Shown piece by piece: positions 1 to 10,285 of a stretch of DNA of 64,000 nucleotides. Position numbers and translations under genes: made by a program. The stretch comes from Candidatus Marinacidobacterales bacterium (lineage in GTDB: Bacteria; Acidobacteriota; Vicinamibacteria; Marinacidobacterales; DATDRI01): assembly GCA_965219415.1 (NCBI GenBank), contig CBDCNP010000002.1:5184001-5248000 (forward strand), in the 5' to 3' direction. Positions within the stretch are counted from its first letter, which is position 1, and every line of letters starts with the position of its first letter. The notes below the pieces were generated by a model that was given only the letters and a program-made list of their open reading frames with translations, ran no database searches and was not told the DNA's origin.

Positions 1-873
1 AAAGCCCTCGAGAGGCTCGGAGCAGAAGTCACGATCGAGCACGGGTTCGTCGATGTAAGAACGGAGGGTCTCCGTGGCGCCGAGATCTACTTCGATAACG
101 TAACGGTGACCGGGACCGAGAACATTCTGATGGCCGCATGTTTGGCGAGAGGAGAAACGATCCTCGCCAACTGCGCGCAAGAGCCCGAGGTGGTCGACTT
201 GGCCAAGCTCCTCGTTGAAATGGGCGCCTGCATCGACGGGGCAGGCACCCAGACGATCCGAGTGTCGGGCGTCGAGCGCCTCACGGGAGCGAAGCATCGC
301 ATCATTCCCGACCGAATCGAAGCCGGGACGTTCCTAGCCGCCGGGGCTTTGGTTGGTGGGGAAATGGAGATCGCCCACTGCGAGCCCAACCACTTGACGG
401 CGATTCTGGAAAAACTGGACGAGATCGGAGCCGAGCTCGAGGTAGAAGGGGATCTCATTAGACTGCACGCTAGCGGCAGCTTGGAGGCTGCCAACCTGCG
501 AACACTTCCCTACCCGGGTTTCCCAACCGACATGCAAGCCCAACTCATGACCTTGCTCACGCAAGCCCGAGGGACCAGTTTCATCGCCGAGACCATCTTC
601 GAGAACCGATTCATGCACGTTGCGGAGTTGAATCGAATGGGCGCCGACATCCGACTCGATGGCCACACCGCGGTCGTCCGGGGCTCCACACCACTTTCCG
701 GTGCCCGCGTCATGGCAACCGATCTTAGAGCCAGTGCGTGTTTGGTCCTAGCGGGCTTGGCCGCTCAGGGTCAAACGGTCATCGAGCGCGTCTACCATCT
801 GGACCGGGGTTACGAGCACATCGAATCGAAGCTCGCTCGACTGGGTGCTGAGATCGAGCGCTTGAAGAAGTAG
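1..873 (+). CDS. murA: UDP-N-acetylglucosamine 1-carboxyvinyltransferase (5' end outside window)
   Basis: Frame is open from base 1; motifs TGTENIL, PDRIEAGT, YPGFPTDMQAQ, ETIFENRF, ATDLRA, HLDRGYE. Confidence 0.97.
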   Translation, partial: KALERLGAEVTIEHGFVDVRTEGLRGAEIYFDNVTVTGTENILMAACLARGETILANCAQEPEVVDLAKLLVEMGACIDGAGTQTIRVSGVERLTGAKHRIIPDRIEAGTFLAAGALVGGEMEIAHCEPNHLTAILEKLDEIGAELEVEGDLIRLHASGSLEAANLRTLPYPGFPTDMQAQLMTLLTQARGTSFIAETIFENRFMHVAELNRMGADIRLDGHTAVVRGSTPLSGARVMATDLRASACLVLAGLAAQGQTVIERVYHLDRGYEHIESKLARLGAEIERLKK

Positions 874-957
874 CCCACTGTGGGCACGGCGACACAGGGC
901 GTAGCCTTTTTCACCCGCCCCACTACCCCTAACCCATTGGCAGAGTGCGGATTCCAA

Positions 958-973
958 TGGCATCCATCTTGCT
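958..973 (+). promoter_or_regulatory. sigma54 (-24/-12) promoter for the RDD gene
   Basis: TGGCATCCATCTTGCT has canonical GG-N10-GC spacing and ends 38 nt before the ATG at 1012. Confidence 0.7.
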
Positions 974-1011
974 CCCCAAGGCGCTGGCCCTAAGGGCAGA
1001 GGGAGCGTGCC

Positions 1012-1620
1012 ATGCAGTGTCCGTCGTGCAAGAAGAACCAACCGATGTCGTTCCGGTGCCGATCCTGCGGAGCCGATCTCGCGAGACGATCCGGCTCGGC
1101 CCGGGTAAGCTCTGCGGGCGGAGCAGCCGCTGTCGCCGTGCCCATGGACGGTGGCTTCGACGCGGCCGTGGCCTCCGCCGGCCCGAAGATCTACAGTAGT
1201 GGAGCCTTGGCGAGCCGCGGCTCGCGGCTGGCGGCCTCCATCATCGACGTCTTAATCGCGCTGGCGTCGATGGCACCGGGCTTCCTCTTTATGAGCGGAG
1301 GAGCCGCGACCGCTGAAGAGATGCTGCAAGAAGGCGCGTTGGCGGCCATGGTGGGTCCGGTCTTGCTCGGTCTCTACTACATGTTCATCCTCGCCCGTGA
1401 CGGCCAGACGCTCGGTAAGAAGATCATGAAGATTCGCATCGTCAGGTTCGACGACGGAACCAATCCGGGATTCGGGCGGGTGGTTGGGCTCCGCGTCCTT
1501 CTCAACGGCTTGCTCGGAAACATTCCCTTCTACGCGCTCGTAGACGTGCTCTTCATCTTCGGTGCCCAGCAGCGTTGCGTCCACGACTACATCGCGGGGA
1601 CCAAGGTCATCCAAGCCTAG
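1012..1620 (+). CDS. RDD family membrane protein with N-terminal zinc ribbon
   Basis: CPSC...CRSC; RLAASIID, GQTLGKKIMKIRIV and HDYIAGTKV are RDD motifs. Confidence 0.88.
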   Translation: MQCPSCKKNQPMSFRCRSCGADLARRSGSARVSSAGGAAAVAVPMDGGFDAAVASAGPKIYSSGALASRGSRLAASIIDVLIALASMAPGFLFMSGGAATAEEMLQEGALAAMVGPVLLGLYYMFILARDGQTLGKKIMKIRIVRFDDGTNPGFGRVVGLRVLLNGLLGNIPFYALVDVLFIFGAQQRCVHDYIAGTKVIQA

Positions 1621-1681
1621 CGCCTAGCGTCAAGGGCGTCCTTGGCTTGCCGCGTCCTAGACGAATCCAGTTGAGACGGCG

Positions 1682-3607
1682 CTACTTCTTCTTGTCTGGC
1701 GCCGGAGGAGTTGGGGGAGCCGGCGGTGCCGCTGGTATTGGTTCGAGAGGCTCGACGGACTCGACAGCCGGTAAGGGCCGGACCGGTCTGACCGCAAAGT
1801 CGTGAGCGCTCCCCAGATGCGCAAAACTGCGCACCGCTTCGAGCCTCAGGGCTGCATCGGGATCCGACTTCGCGATCTGTTTCAGCTTCGGGACGGCCCG
1901 GCTGTTCCCGCTGATCCCCAACGCGCGGATAGTGGACTTCTTGAGTTCCATGTCATCGTCGACATGAGGGGCGTCGTAGATGTAGAGCAACGCATCGACC
2001 CCTCGATCGCCACCGGTGTTGGCCAAGGTGCCGATTGCCGTCTGTTGCAGCTCGGGATTACCGCTGGTGATCGCGATCTCCCGGAGTTTGGTGATGGCGC
2101 TATCCGTGGGCGCGGCTCTGACGCCGATACTCGCGATCACCGCCCTTTGGAGCCTCGGATCCTGCAAGGAGTCGTAGAGTGCGATCAGGGCCTCCATCGC
2201 CTTCTCGCTTCCGATTAGGCCAATGGCACCGAACTTCGGAATCCGGATCGTTCTGAGCAATCTCGAGCATCAGCTCGATGAGCTCGTCTTCACTGATCGG
2301 AGGTCCCTCTGCTAAATATCCGCCGCGCAAGGCCATGGCACGCGCACGCTCGGCTTGGTGGACTTGTCTCTCGAACTCCCGCTGTTGGTGTGCGAAGGCC
2401 CGCTGTTGCTGTCGCATATGGCGTTCGATTTCTTGCGATCGCCGAGACGCCTCACGCTCCAGCTGTTCAGCCTGGTCTCGTAGCGCCGGCGAGGCCTCGG
2501 CCTGCGCCGATTCCGCCTCGCTATGGCTCTCGCTCTGCTCGGGTGTCTCCTCCCGTTGTGCCCACGGCGTTCCCAACGTAGTCGGGTTGACTGACTCATA
2601 AGGAAGCAAGGCGGCCACCCTGAGAGCACTATCTTGGCTAACTTGCGGTGCCGCTACGACCAAAGGTGACGTTTGAGCGGCTTGGAGTCCAACCAACACG
2701 AGCACCGCCAGACTCACTACGATGCCGGTTCTAGAAAGACGAGAGCTAGAGTTTCGTCTGCGGTTCAGTGACATTTCGATTCTCCTCACGATCTGTTTTC
2801 TGGTGGTCCAACCACCGGGCGCCAAGGCGGGGGTTTCCACACGCCCGGTCAACTCGACTAACTTCGTCAGGCAAGCCGCGTAAGGCTTGAGCTTCCCCGT
2901 TTGAGTGATCGCCCAATCGTCACAGGCGATTTCGCGATCCATGTTTAGTTGCCTTCCGATGAATCGCACCGCGGGATGGAAGAAGAAAAGGGCCTCGAGG
3001 ATCTTCTGCCCCAGGTTGATCCAATCGTCTCGCCGATGCAGGTGAGCAAGCTCATGCAAGACGAGTTGATCGAGCTCTTCTTCGCTCAGCCGCTCGGCGA
3101 GTCCACGAGGAAGGACGATCGCAGGTTGGGCGAGACCCGCTGCCATCGGACCAGAGACCCGCTCCGAGCTTTTGAGAGCTACCGGTCGCCGAAAACCGGA
3201 GCTCGCCAGCCACCCGTTCAAACGTTCCTGATACGGTCGGCCCAACGGAGCGCTCGCCTTTTTGAGTCGTCGTAGATGGAAATAGCTCCAGGTCAACCGG
3301 CCCAGCATGACAAGGGTGATGATTAGCCAAACCCCCCCGACCTGAGTGGACCAGCGCCTTGGCGCGAGACGAAGTGGGAACCGCGCGCACCCTTGTTCGG
3401 GGTTGTCCCGATCAGTGCCGGAAGCCCCACGATCGTCAACATCACCGCCCACCAAACCGCGTAGCGGGTTGCTGCGTTAGAAAAAGAAGTCACGCGAAAA
3501 AAACACCAAACCGCCAGAACAAGAGCCACGCCTTGCCACAGCCCGTTGGCGAGCGCTACCCAAGCAGAATCTATTAGCGAGACCATTTCTCCCATCGAAA
3601 TCGTCAT
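1682..3607 (-). pseudogene. BlaR1/M56 peptidase with C-terminal HEAT repeats, split over three frames
   Basis: N-terminal TM part (LWQG..AATRYAVWW) in ORF 3323-3607; HELAH and REIACDD in ORF 2100-3455; HEAT repeats in ORF 1682-2260; frame breaks near 3390 and 2230. Confidence 0.8.
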
Positions 3608-3981
3608 TGGCTCTCCTCGACCAACTTCTTGAGCCTCTTCAGCTCCGCGGAATCGATCTCCTCGTTAGACAGGACGTTCAACACCAAGAGCTCCGAAGAG
3701 TTGTCGAAGAAACGGCTGAGGAGGTGACGGACCGCCTTGCGACTCGCTTCGTCGCGTCCTACCACGGTGTGGTAGACGAACGCTCGGCCCTGCTTGACGT
3801 GCTCCACATAACCCTTCTTTTCCAATATGCGAAGTGTGGTGAGCACGGTGTTGTAGGCGAGTGACAAACGCTGTGGTAACGCCTCTACAACGTCGTTCAC
3901 CGTGGACGCGCCTCTTTCCCAAAGTATATCCATGAGCCGCAGTTCGCCATCGGTCAGAGTGGGAGACCGCCTTCGTGCCAA
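3604..3981 (-). CDS. BlaI/MecI/CopY family repressor
   Basis: LTDGELRLMDILW, LAYNTVLTTLRILEKKGYV, GRAFVY; TTG start at 3981 follows SD AAGGAGG; stop overlaps the M56 gene start. Confidence 0.92.
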   Translation of the reverse strand: MARRRSPTLTDGELRLMDILWERGASTVNDVVEALPQRLSLAYNTVLTTLRILEKKGYVEHVKQGRAFVYHTVVGRDEASRKAVRHLLSRFFDNSSELLVLNVLSNEEIDSAELKRLKKLVEESQ

Positions 3982-4019
3982 AATCGAAGCCTCCTTTAGG
4001 TTGCCAACGCACGACGAAA

Positions 4020-4086
4020 GAACTACTAAAGAATTAATTGCAAAATAGCGCAGGGGGCTTCGAGTTGTCAACTATAAATTTAATAT
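4020..4086 (-). promoter_or_regulatory. sigma70-type promoter for the BlaI-family gene with AT-rich putative operator
   Basis: Minus strand TTGACA(4071-4066)-N18-TATTTT, flanked by imperfect AT-rich palindromes. Confidence 0.55.
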
Positions 4087-4191
4087 TTCGTGCGGTCCCG
4101 GCCAAGTCGCGCTAGGCGCAACACATGGTAGGATGCGAGCGGCCTCCACGGCGTGCTGGCGCGGAGAGCCTAGCCTCTCAGAGGAACTGCC

Positions 4192-5649
4192 ATGATCTAC
4201 ATTTGGGTCGTTGGCCTGTATCTAGCCTTCCTTATTGGCGTCAGTGTCTTCCGGAGCCGAGCGGTCAAAACACAGGACGATTTCATGGTGGCAGGGCGTA
4301 ACGTACCCTGGCACCTTTTGGTGGGGACTCTGGTCTGCACCTGGATTGGTTCAGGTAGCCTCTTCGGAGGAGCCGGCCGCGCCTTTCGTGAAGGCTTTTC
4401 CGCGCTCTGGATGAGCGCGGGCGCCTGGGTCGGGATCGTCATCGTCTATTTCCTGGCGGGACGGGTTAGACGGATTGCCCAATACACGGTGCCCGACATC
4501 TTGGAAATGCGCTATCACCCAGCGGCACGGCTTCTGGGAACCATGGCCATCATCATCGCCTACCTGACCATCGCCAGTTATCAGTTCATCGGCGGAGGAA
4601 GACTCCTGAGTATTCTGAGCCCCAATATCGACCCAACGACCGGGAAGGCGATCATCTGCCTCCTGGTCGTCCTCTATACGGTTATGGCGGGGATGATGTC
4701 GATCGTGGCCCTTGACGTCTTCAACGGAATCATCATTACCGTCAGCATCCTCATTGCCGCGCCGCTCGCGTTGGAAGGGGCGGGTGGATGGACTCAACTT
4801 GCTGAGACATTGCCGGACACCCATTTCACGACTTTCGGTAGGCTCGGCATACTTCCCGCGTTCGGACTCTTCCTCCCTACGCTGCTGCTCTTGCTGGGCG
4901 AGAGCAGCATGTATCAGAAATTCTTCTCGGCGAAGAACGAAGCTTCCGCCCGCAAGGCCGTCATTGGAATGATCGTCGGGGTCGTGTTAGTCGAAATCCT
5001 ACTAGACACCACTGCCATTTTCGGTGCGGGGATGTTTTGGAACGATTCCGCTATGGTCGGGGAGGGGGCCACATTCACTCCGGACCAGCGTAGCGCCTCT
5101 GAGACCATTCTCTTGACGTTGGCTCGCTTCAATCTGCCACTCGTCGCCGGTTGCCTGCTGCTGGCGGGCGCCGTAGCCATCGTGTTCTCGACCGCTACCA
5201 CGTTTCTCATGGTGCCTTCGACGAATTTAGCTCGCGATGTCTATCAGCGATTCGTAAACCCCCGAGTGAGCGAAAAACGCATCATCCTATTCCAGCGTGT
5301 GATGATCATCGTTTTGGCGCTGGTTGCCTATGTCGTGTCTTCGTTCTTCGTGAGCATTCTGGACATGGCCCTTTACGCCTATACCATGGTGGGAGCTGCG
5401 GTGACACCGGCGCTACTTGCCGCGTTCTTGTGGAAGCGAGTCACGCCGGCAGGCGGCGTGGCTTCTATCGCTGCGGGCATGCTGGTGACGATCGTTTTCG
5501 GGCTATTGAACACGCTCGGCATCACAGAATTGGGTTACGACTACATTATTTATCCGGCGGGAGGAGCGTCCCTCTTGTTTCTGATCGCGGTGAGTTTGCT
5601 CACACCACCCTCACCCGAAGCGAAGTGGAAACCTTTCATGAACGAATAA
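4192..5649 (+). CDS. sodium:solute symporter family protein
   Basis: DDFMVAGR, TWIGSG, YTVPDILEMRY, YQKFFSAK; many TM segments. Confidence 0.92.
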   Translation: MIYIWVVGLYLAFLIGVSVFRSRAVKTQDDFMVAGRNVPWHLLVGTLVCTWIGSGSLFGGAGRAFREGFSALWMSAGAWVGIVIVYFLAGRVRRIAQYTVPDILEMRYHPAARLLGTMAIIIAYLTIASYQFIGGGRLLSILSPNIDPTTGKAIICLLVVLYTVMAGMMSIVALDVFNGIIITVSILIAAPLALEGAGGWTQLAETLPDTHFTTFGRLGILPAFGLFLPTLLLLLGESSMYQKFFSAKNEASARKAVIGMIVGVVLVEILLDTTAIFGAGMFWNDSAMVGEGATFTPDQRSASETILLTLARFNLPLVAGCLLLAGAVAIVFSTATTFLMVPSTNLARDVYQRFVNPRVSEKRIILFQRVMIIVLALVAYVVSSFFVSILDMALYAYTMVGAAVTPALLAAFLWKRVTPAGGVASIAAGMLVTIVFGLLNTLGITELGYDYIIYPAGGASLLFLIAVSLLTPPSPEAKWKPFMNE

Positions 5650-5668
5650 GAGAGTCTTAGTCCTTTAA

Positions 5669-5757
5669 CCCCTCTCCCTTCCGCCTTCGCGAGAGCTTCG
5701 GCGGACCCGCCGAAGTCCTTAGGACGGAGGCGGGCTGGGAGAGGGCCTGGGTGGGGG
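5669..5757. repeat. nested palindromic REP-like element
   Basis: Outer arms CCCTCTCCC/GGGAGAGGG enclose CCGCCTTCG/CGGAGGCGG and CTTCGGCGG/CCGCCGAAG. Confidence 0.7.
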
Positions 5758-5771
5758 TAAGGAGAAAAACA

Positions 5772-6548
5772 GTGACGTACGAAAAAATTCGCGTCGAGGC
5801 AACCGCGCCCATAGCACGCATCACGATGAGTTGGCCAGAGAAGCGCAACGCACTTTCTATCCAAATGATGGGCGAGCTGACGCGCGCCCTGTCGACGGTC
5901 GGCGCCGACTCGAGCTTTCGAGTCGTGATCTTGGCAGCCGAGGGTGCAGCGTTCTCCGCCGGGCATTTCCTGAGCGAGATGATCGGCAAGGACATCTCAC
6001 ATCAACGTCGAGTGTTCGATGTTTGCGTGGATCTCATGCAGGCTGTGCAAAAGATCCCGCAGCCGGTTATTGCGGAGGTTCAGGGAACCGCCACCGCCGC
6101 AGGCTGTCAGTTGGTGGCAACGTGCGACCTGGCGGTTGCCTCGGAGCAAGCGAGTTTCGCCACACCGGGCGTGAAGATCGGTCTCTTCTGCACCACGCCC
6201 ATGGTTGCGCTCAGCCGCGCCGTCGGCCGGAAGCGAGCCTTGGAGATGCTTCTCACCGGCGAGCGGATCGACGCCAAAACGGCCGCCGAATGGGGGCTCG
6301 TGAACCGGGCCGTGCCCACCGAGCAGCTACGAAAAGAAACCGAGGAGCTGGCCCGCAAGGTGACGGATGCGAGTTCTTTGGTACTGTCACTTGGCAAGAA
6401 AGCCTTCTACACTCAGATCGATCTGGAACAACCCAAGGCCTACGACTATGCCAAGGAGGTCATGAGCCTCAACGCCATGGCAGCCGACGCGCAAGAAGGG
6501 ATGTCGGCCTTCCTCGAGAAGAGGCACCCGACTTGGACCGGTAAGTAG
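5772..6548 (+). CDS. enoyl-CoA hydratase/isomerase (crotonase) family protein
   Basis: KRNALS, AFSAGH, ATAAGCQLVATCDL, FATPGVKIGLFCTTP; GTG start after AAGGAG. Confidence 0.92.
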   Translation: MTYEKIRVEATAPIARITMSWPEKRNALSIQMMGELTRALSTVGADSSFRVVILAAEGAAFSAGHFLSEMIGKDISHQRRVFDVCVDLMQAVQKIPQPVIAEVQGTATAAGCQLVATCDLAVASEQASFATPGVKIGLFCTTPMVALSRAVGRKRALEMLLTGERIDAKTAAEWGLVNRAVPTEQLRKETEELARKVTDASSLVLSLGKKAFYTQIDLEQPKAYDYAKEVMSLNAMAADAQEGMSAFLEKRHPTWTGK

Positions 6549-6609
6549 CTCGGGTAGTAATCAGCTACCGCTAATCAGCTGTCGTCTTTGACTGATTGCT
6601 GATGACCGT

Positions 6610-7473
6610 TTACGGATTACTCGCATCGTCTGAAAGTAGGTTCTCAGCCGTAGCCGGTGTCTTCTCCAACCGATAAAAGTACCGCCCCTCAGATTCGTGA
6701 AAATCAACGACGGCATAGCGACGTTGGAAGTAGCCCTCGAATAGAAGTCGCGTCTTCACCCGCCAGTCGATGGCTAAGTCACGAGCACCGGCCATCATCG
6801 AAGTGGCGTCGGCCGGGCCTTCCGCCAGGATCTCCTCGTCTTCCAGATCCAGGCGGAGCTCGTCGTCACAGCGGCGGAACCCGCCGTCAGCCTCGCTGGT
6901 CTGATTGGCACGAGGGAGCTCCTCCCAACCAAATCGCTCTGGACGTTGCCCCTTCTTCACCGCAACGACCCGGGGGCTCGTGATCCACCATTGCACCTCG
7001 AAACGGTCGGTGGGAATCCCTCCATGGAGTGGGCTCTCGCTCTCCCCGTAGAGATTCACGATGTAGTGGCTCGCAACCACACCCAGCCCGACGATATTGA
7101 GCTTCGCATTCCGTGACTGGAGCGGATCGAAGGTCCAGTTGATGAGTTCCATCCCTTGCGCCAGCACTCTGTCCCTCTGCGTCCACTTCAACGTCTCGCC
7201 GATTCGTTGACCTCGATACTCGGGAAGCACTCCCATCATGTGCGAATGGTGGAAGACCTCGCCCTCTCTCCAACTCACGAGACCGCACACGAACCCCACC
7301 ATCTTGCCCCCGTCGAAGGCGCCGATGCAGGTTCCACCGTAGTGATGTATGGCGACCAAATGCATCGCAGGGACCAGCTCGCGGTCCGAAAACTCCCAGA
7401 CCTCTCGTTGCAGGTCGACGCAAGCGTCGTAGTCGGAGCGGCTGTTGAAATCCCGGATTTCGATCTTCCCCAT
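6610..7473 (-). CDS. GNAT family acyltransferase, type usually paired with NSAR/OSBS
   Basis: HSHMMGVLPEYRG, WTFDPLQSRNA, PTDRF. Confidence 0.82.
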   Translation of the reverse strand: MGKIEIRDFNSRSDYDACVDLQREVWEFSDRELVPAMHLVAIHHYGGTCIGAFDGGKMVGFVCGLVSWREGEVFHHSHMMGVLPEYRGQRIGETLKWTQRDRVLAQGMELINWTFDPLQSRNAKLNIVGLGVVASHYIVNLYGESESPLHGGIPTDRFEVQWWITSPRVVAVKKGQRPERFGWEELPRANQTSEADGGFRRCDDELRLDLEDEEILAEGPADATSMMAGARDLAIDWRVKTRLLFEGYFQRRYAVVDFHESEGRYFYRLEKTPATAENLLSDDASNP

Positions 7474-7498
7474 GTTGGGTCCTTTGAGGTTGAGCGAC

Positions 7499-8869
7499 TT
7501 AAGACGCTAGCTCTCGGCGGGCGTGTTCGATCAGCTCATCGATGTCCTTCGCCTCCTTCGGGAATGCGGCGATACCGAAGCGAAGGGCAGGAACGATGGC
7601 GGGAAGCCCCTCGCCGACTTTGAACGGATGACGCGTGACCGCACGCTTGACGCGAGAAACGATGCGCCGTCCCCCGTAACGGCCGGAGGCGAAGGCGATG
7701 AGCCCCACGAGCTCTTGGGAGGACAACTCGCCCGCCACATCGACGTCCCGCAGGCTTTCCAACGCCTGCTCCGCGACGTGCCAGAGGACCTGACGACGAA
7801 AACCGGTGCCGACGAGCTCCACGATCTGATCCAAATCCATGACCCGGATCAAAATCAAGGTTAAGGGTCTCCCGAGCCGCTGGCCCTTGGCGACTTCGCG
7901 CCGGAGCTCGAAATGAAAACCCTCCTCGTCGTAAATGGGAACGCCCTTGTGAATCGCCTGGGGCCGCGGGGCTCCTTCCATCTTGGGAGGCTCCCGCGGA
8001 GGTGAGGCCACCGGCTTGCCCGCCTCGACTTCCTCAACCGGTTCCATGGTCTCGACTTCCCTGATCTCGGTGACTTCGTCGATGCGGTCGTCCACGTCAA
8101 CCTGCTCCCCTTCCTCGACGTTGCCAACCTCGCCGACCTTCCCCGCGTCCGCGGGCAAGTCGTTTAGTCGGGAGTCGGTCGGCAACAAGCGCAGTGTGGT
8201 TTCCTCTTCTTGATGCACTGGTTCGTCGTTACCGCCTCCCTCCGGGGAGGGCTTTTCTTCCAGCGCCGTGTCTGCACTCTCGGCGGTTTGGGCAGACTCA
8301 TCAGGTTTCCCCACCTCGGTCGGCTCGGGCTCGGCTTTCTCGGAGGGTTCCGCCTCGCTCGTCGGCTCGAACCCTTCGTCGATGGAAATCACCGTAGTCA
8401 GATCGGAGGAGCGATCCCCCTTCAGCTTTCCCCACAGTCGCCCCAACCATCCTGCTTCCTTCACCACCTCCTCTGGCTCCAGCTCCTCGATGGATGGCTT
8501 TATTTTTCCCGCCAATGCGGACGGAGTCGTGTTGTGTTTCTTCGCCATTAAACCCAACACCACACGCTGTAGCCCGACCGGCCGACATGGCTTGGTAAGG
8601 AAACCGTCCGCCTTGAAAGAATGGAGTGCGTCTCTCCGATACTGCTCTTTGAGATAGACGCCCGTGATAATGGCAACGAGCGTGTGAGCCTGAGACCCGG
8701 TCTTGATCTGTTTGCAAAGGTCGAAACCGGAAACCCCGGGTAGCAAAGCATCGAGGACAACCAGGTCGGGTTGCTGCGATTCGACTTCGCTCAACACCTT
8801 GTTAGGGTCGTCCAAAGTCGCGAGCTGGGCCCCGAGGGGAAGAAGACTTCGTTTCAACCCGAGCAAATC
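7499..8869 (-). CDS. response regulator (REC, acidic linker, degenerate GGDEF); 5' end disrupted by IS256
   Basis: PDLVVLDALLP, SGFDLC, FLTKP; C-terminal PLTLILI...LRDVD...FGIAAFP; first REC strand is missing. Confidence 0.75.
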   Translation of the reverse strand, partial: DLLGLKRSLLPLGAQLATLDDPNKVLSEVESQQPDLVVLDALLPGVSGFDLCKQIKTGSQAHTLVAIITGVYLKEQYRRDALHSFKADGFLTKPCRPVGLQRVVLGLMAKKHNTTPSALAGKIKPSIEELEPEEVVKEAGWLGRLWGKLKGDRSSDLTTVISIDEGFEPTSEAEPSEKAEPEPTEVGKPDESAQTAESADTALEEKPSPEGGGNDEPVHQEEETTLRLLPTDSRLNDLPADAGKVGEVGNVEEGEQVDVDDRIDEVTEIREVETMEPVEEVEAGKPVASPPREPPKMEGAPRPQAIHKGVPIYDEEGFHFELRREVAKGQRLGRPLTLILIRVMDLDQIVELVGTGFRRQVLWHVAEQALESLRDVDVAGELSSQELVGLIAFASGRYGGRRIVSRVKRAVTRHPFKVGEGLPAIVPALRFGIAAFPKEAKDIDELIEHARRELAS

Positions 8870-10285
8870 GGATGTGTCCCGAGGTCCGTGGAAAAAGAAC
8901 GGCGCCCTCCACTCCGTCATCAGAGTATCATATCAGGCGGCAACCTCCGCGTGTTCGAGAACCTCGCTCAGACGTTGGTAGCCGTCGATGCGTCGTAGTT
9001 GAATCTGGCCAGAGGCGATAAGCCCAAACAGCAAAGCGACCGCAGACTCCTCGCTGGAGAACGACGCTTGGGTTTTCGTCCGGCGTCGAAACTCGCGGTT
9101 GAGATTCTCCAGAGCTTTGGTCGTTCGAAACGATTTCCACATGGCACGAGGGAATTCGTAGAAGGTCAGCAGCTGATTACCGGCCTCCTCTAGGCTTCGG
9201 ACGACGGCCGGCGCGAGAGGCGTCCACTTGGCGACGAGCTCGTCATAGGCTTTGCGAGCATCGAACCCGTTCTTGGCGTAGACGATCCGGTTGTAGTCAC
9301 GCCGGAGCTCACGGCGTGCGTGCGCCGGGCAATGTTGGAGCAAGTTGGCGCGCTTGTGCTCGGTACATCGCTGCAACCGGCACCCCGGCCACTTCTCCAG
9401 CGCTTTCGTCAGCCCCTTGTGGCCGTCGCTGATCACTAGCTTGGGAGCCCGGAGTCCTCGAGCCTGGAGTCCCTCCAGCACGGAGCCCCAATGCGTCGAG
9501 GCTTCGCTCACCGCCAGACGCAATGACAACAGACGTTTCTGCCCGTTTGGCGCGACCCCGAGCGCGGCCAGTACGGGTACGCTGATCACACGTTTCGCCA
9601 TCCGCACTTTCAGGTGGAAGCCGTCCAGGTAAACGATCGCGTAGACCTCCTCGCTGAGAGCACGGTTCTGCCATTCCTCGAAGCGCTCCTTCAGCCGGCT
9701 AACCACGCGAGACACCGCGCTCTTCGATAGGTGCTCCTCACCGAGCAGTGGTTTCAGCGCTTTGCGGACCCGGCGGCTATTCGCGCCCGACAAGTACGTC
9801 CCCAAGAGCGCCTCGTCGACCTCACGAGTCCGGCGCGCGTACCGGGGCAACAGCTCGCTCCTGAACTCTGTCGTTTCTCCCGTTTCCTCGTCTCGCACGC
9901 GGGCTCGTGGCACCCGGAGCTCGCGAGTTCCCACCGACGTCGTCACGCGACGGGTTTCGGCTCCGTTGCGATATCCACGGCGGTCTTCCGCACGCTCGTA
10001 GCTACAACACCCCAGCGCTTGGTCGACTTCTTCCTCGAGCACAACCTCGATCGCCTCCAGTACCCGCATACGCAGCCGAAGTTGGACGAACTCCCGGTAC
10101 TCGCTTACAGACTCCTTCAATATGGTGGTAGGCTTCTTCATGGCGTAATCCTCCTCCTCGCCTTTCCAGGCGCGGTTTCGTTTTGCTTAACCGGAGGACA
10201 TTAGCGGAAGATCTTCTAGGATGGTCTCGGCTCGGGTACGAACGGTGCAACTCGATGTGGCTAATATAGATCACGCCCGGCATCC
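8870..10285 (-). mobile_element. IS256 family insertion sequence (ends approximate)
   Basis: Contains the transposase; imperfect inverted ends GGATGTGTCCCGAGGTC (8870) and GATCACGCCCGGCATCC (to 10285); no clean target duplication. Confidence 0.7.
8933..10141 (-). CDS. IS256 family transposase
   Basis: GYRNG, VPRAR, YLDG, ISDGHKG, QRCTEH, LENLNREFRRRTK (DDE triad intact). Confidence 0.96.
   Translation of the reverse strand: MKKPTTILKESVSEYREFVQLRLRMRVLEAIEVVLEEEVDQALGCCSYERAEDRRGYRNGAETRRVTTSVGTRELRVPRARVRDEETGETTEFRSELLPRYARRTREVDEALLGTYLSGANSRRVRKALKPLLGEEHLSKSAVSRVVSRLKERFEEWQNRALSEEVYAIVYLDGFHLKVRMAKRVISVPVLAALGVAPNGQKRLLSLRLAVSEASTHWGSVLEGLQARGLRAPKLVISDGHKGLTKALEKWPGCRLQRCTEHKRANLLQHCPAHARRELRRDYNRIVYAKNGFDARKAYDELVAKWTPLAPAVVRSLEEAGNQLLTFYEFPRAMWKSFRTTKALENLNREFRRRTKTQASFSSEESAVALLFGLIASGQIQLRRIDGYQRLSEVLEHAEVAA

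Noticed and set aside
3982-4071. Longer BlaI start at 4071
   Set aside because: That TTG is the -35 box; the SD supports 3981
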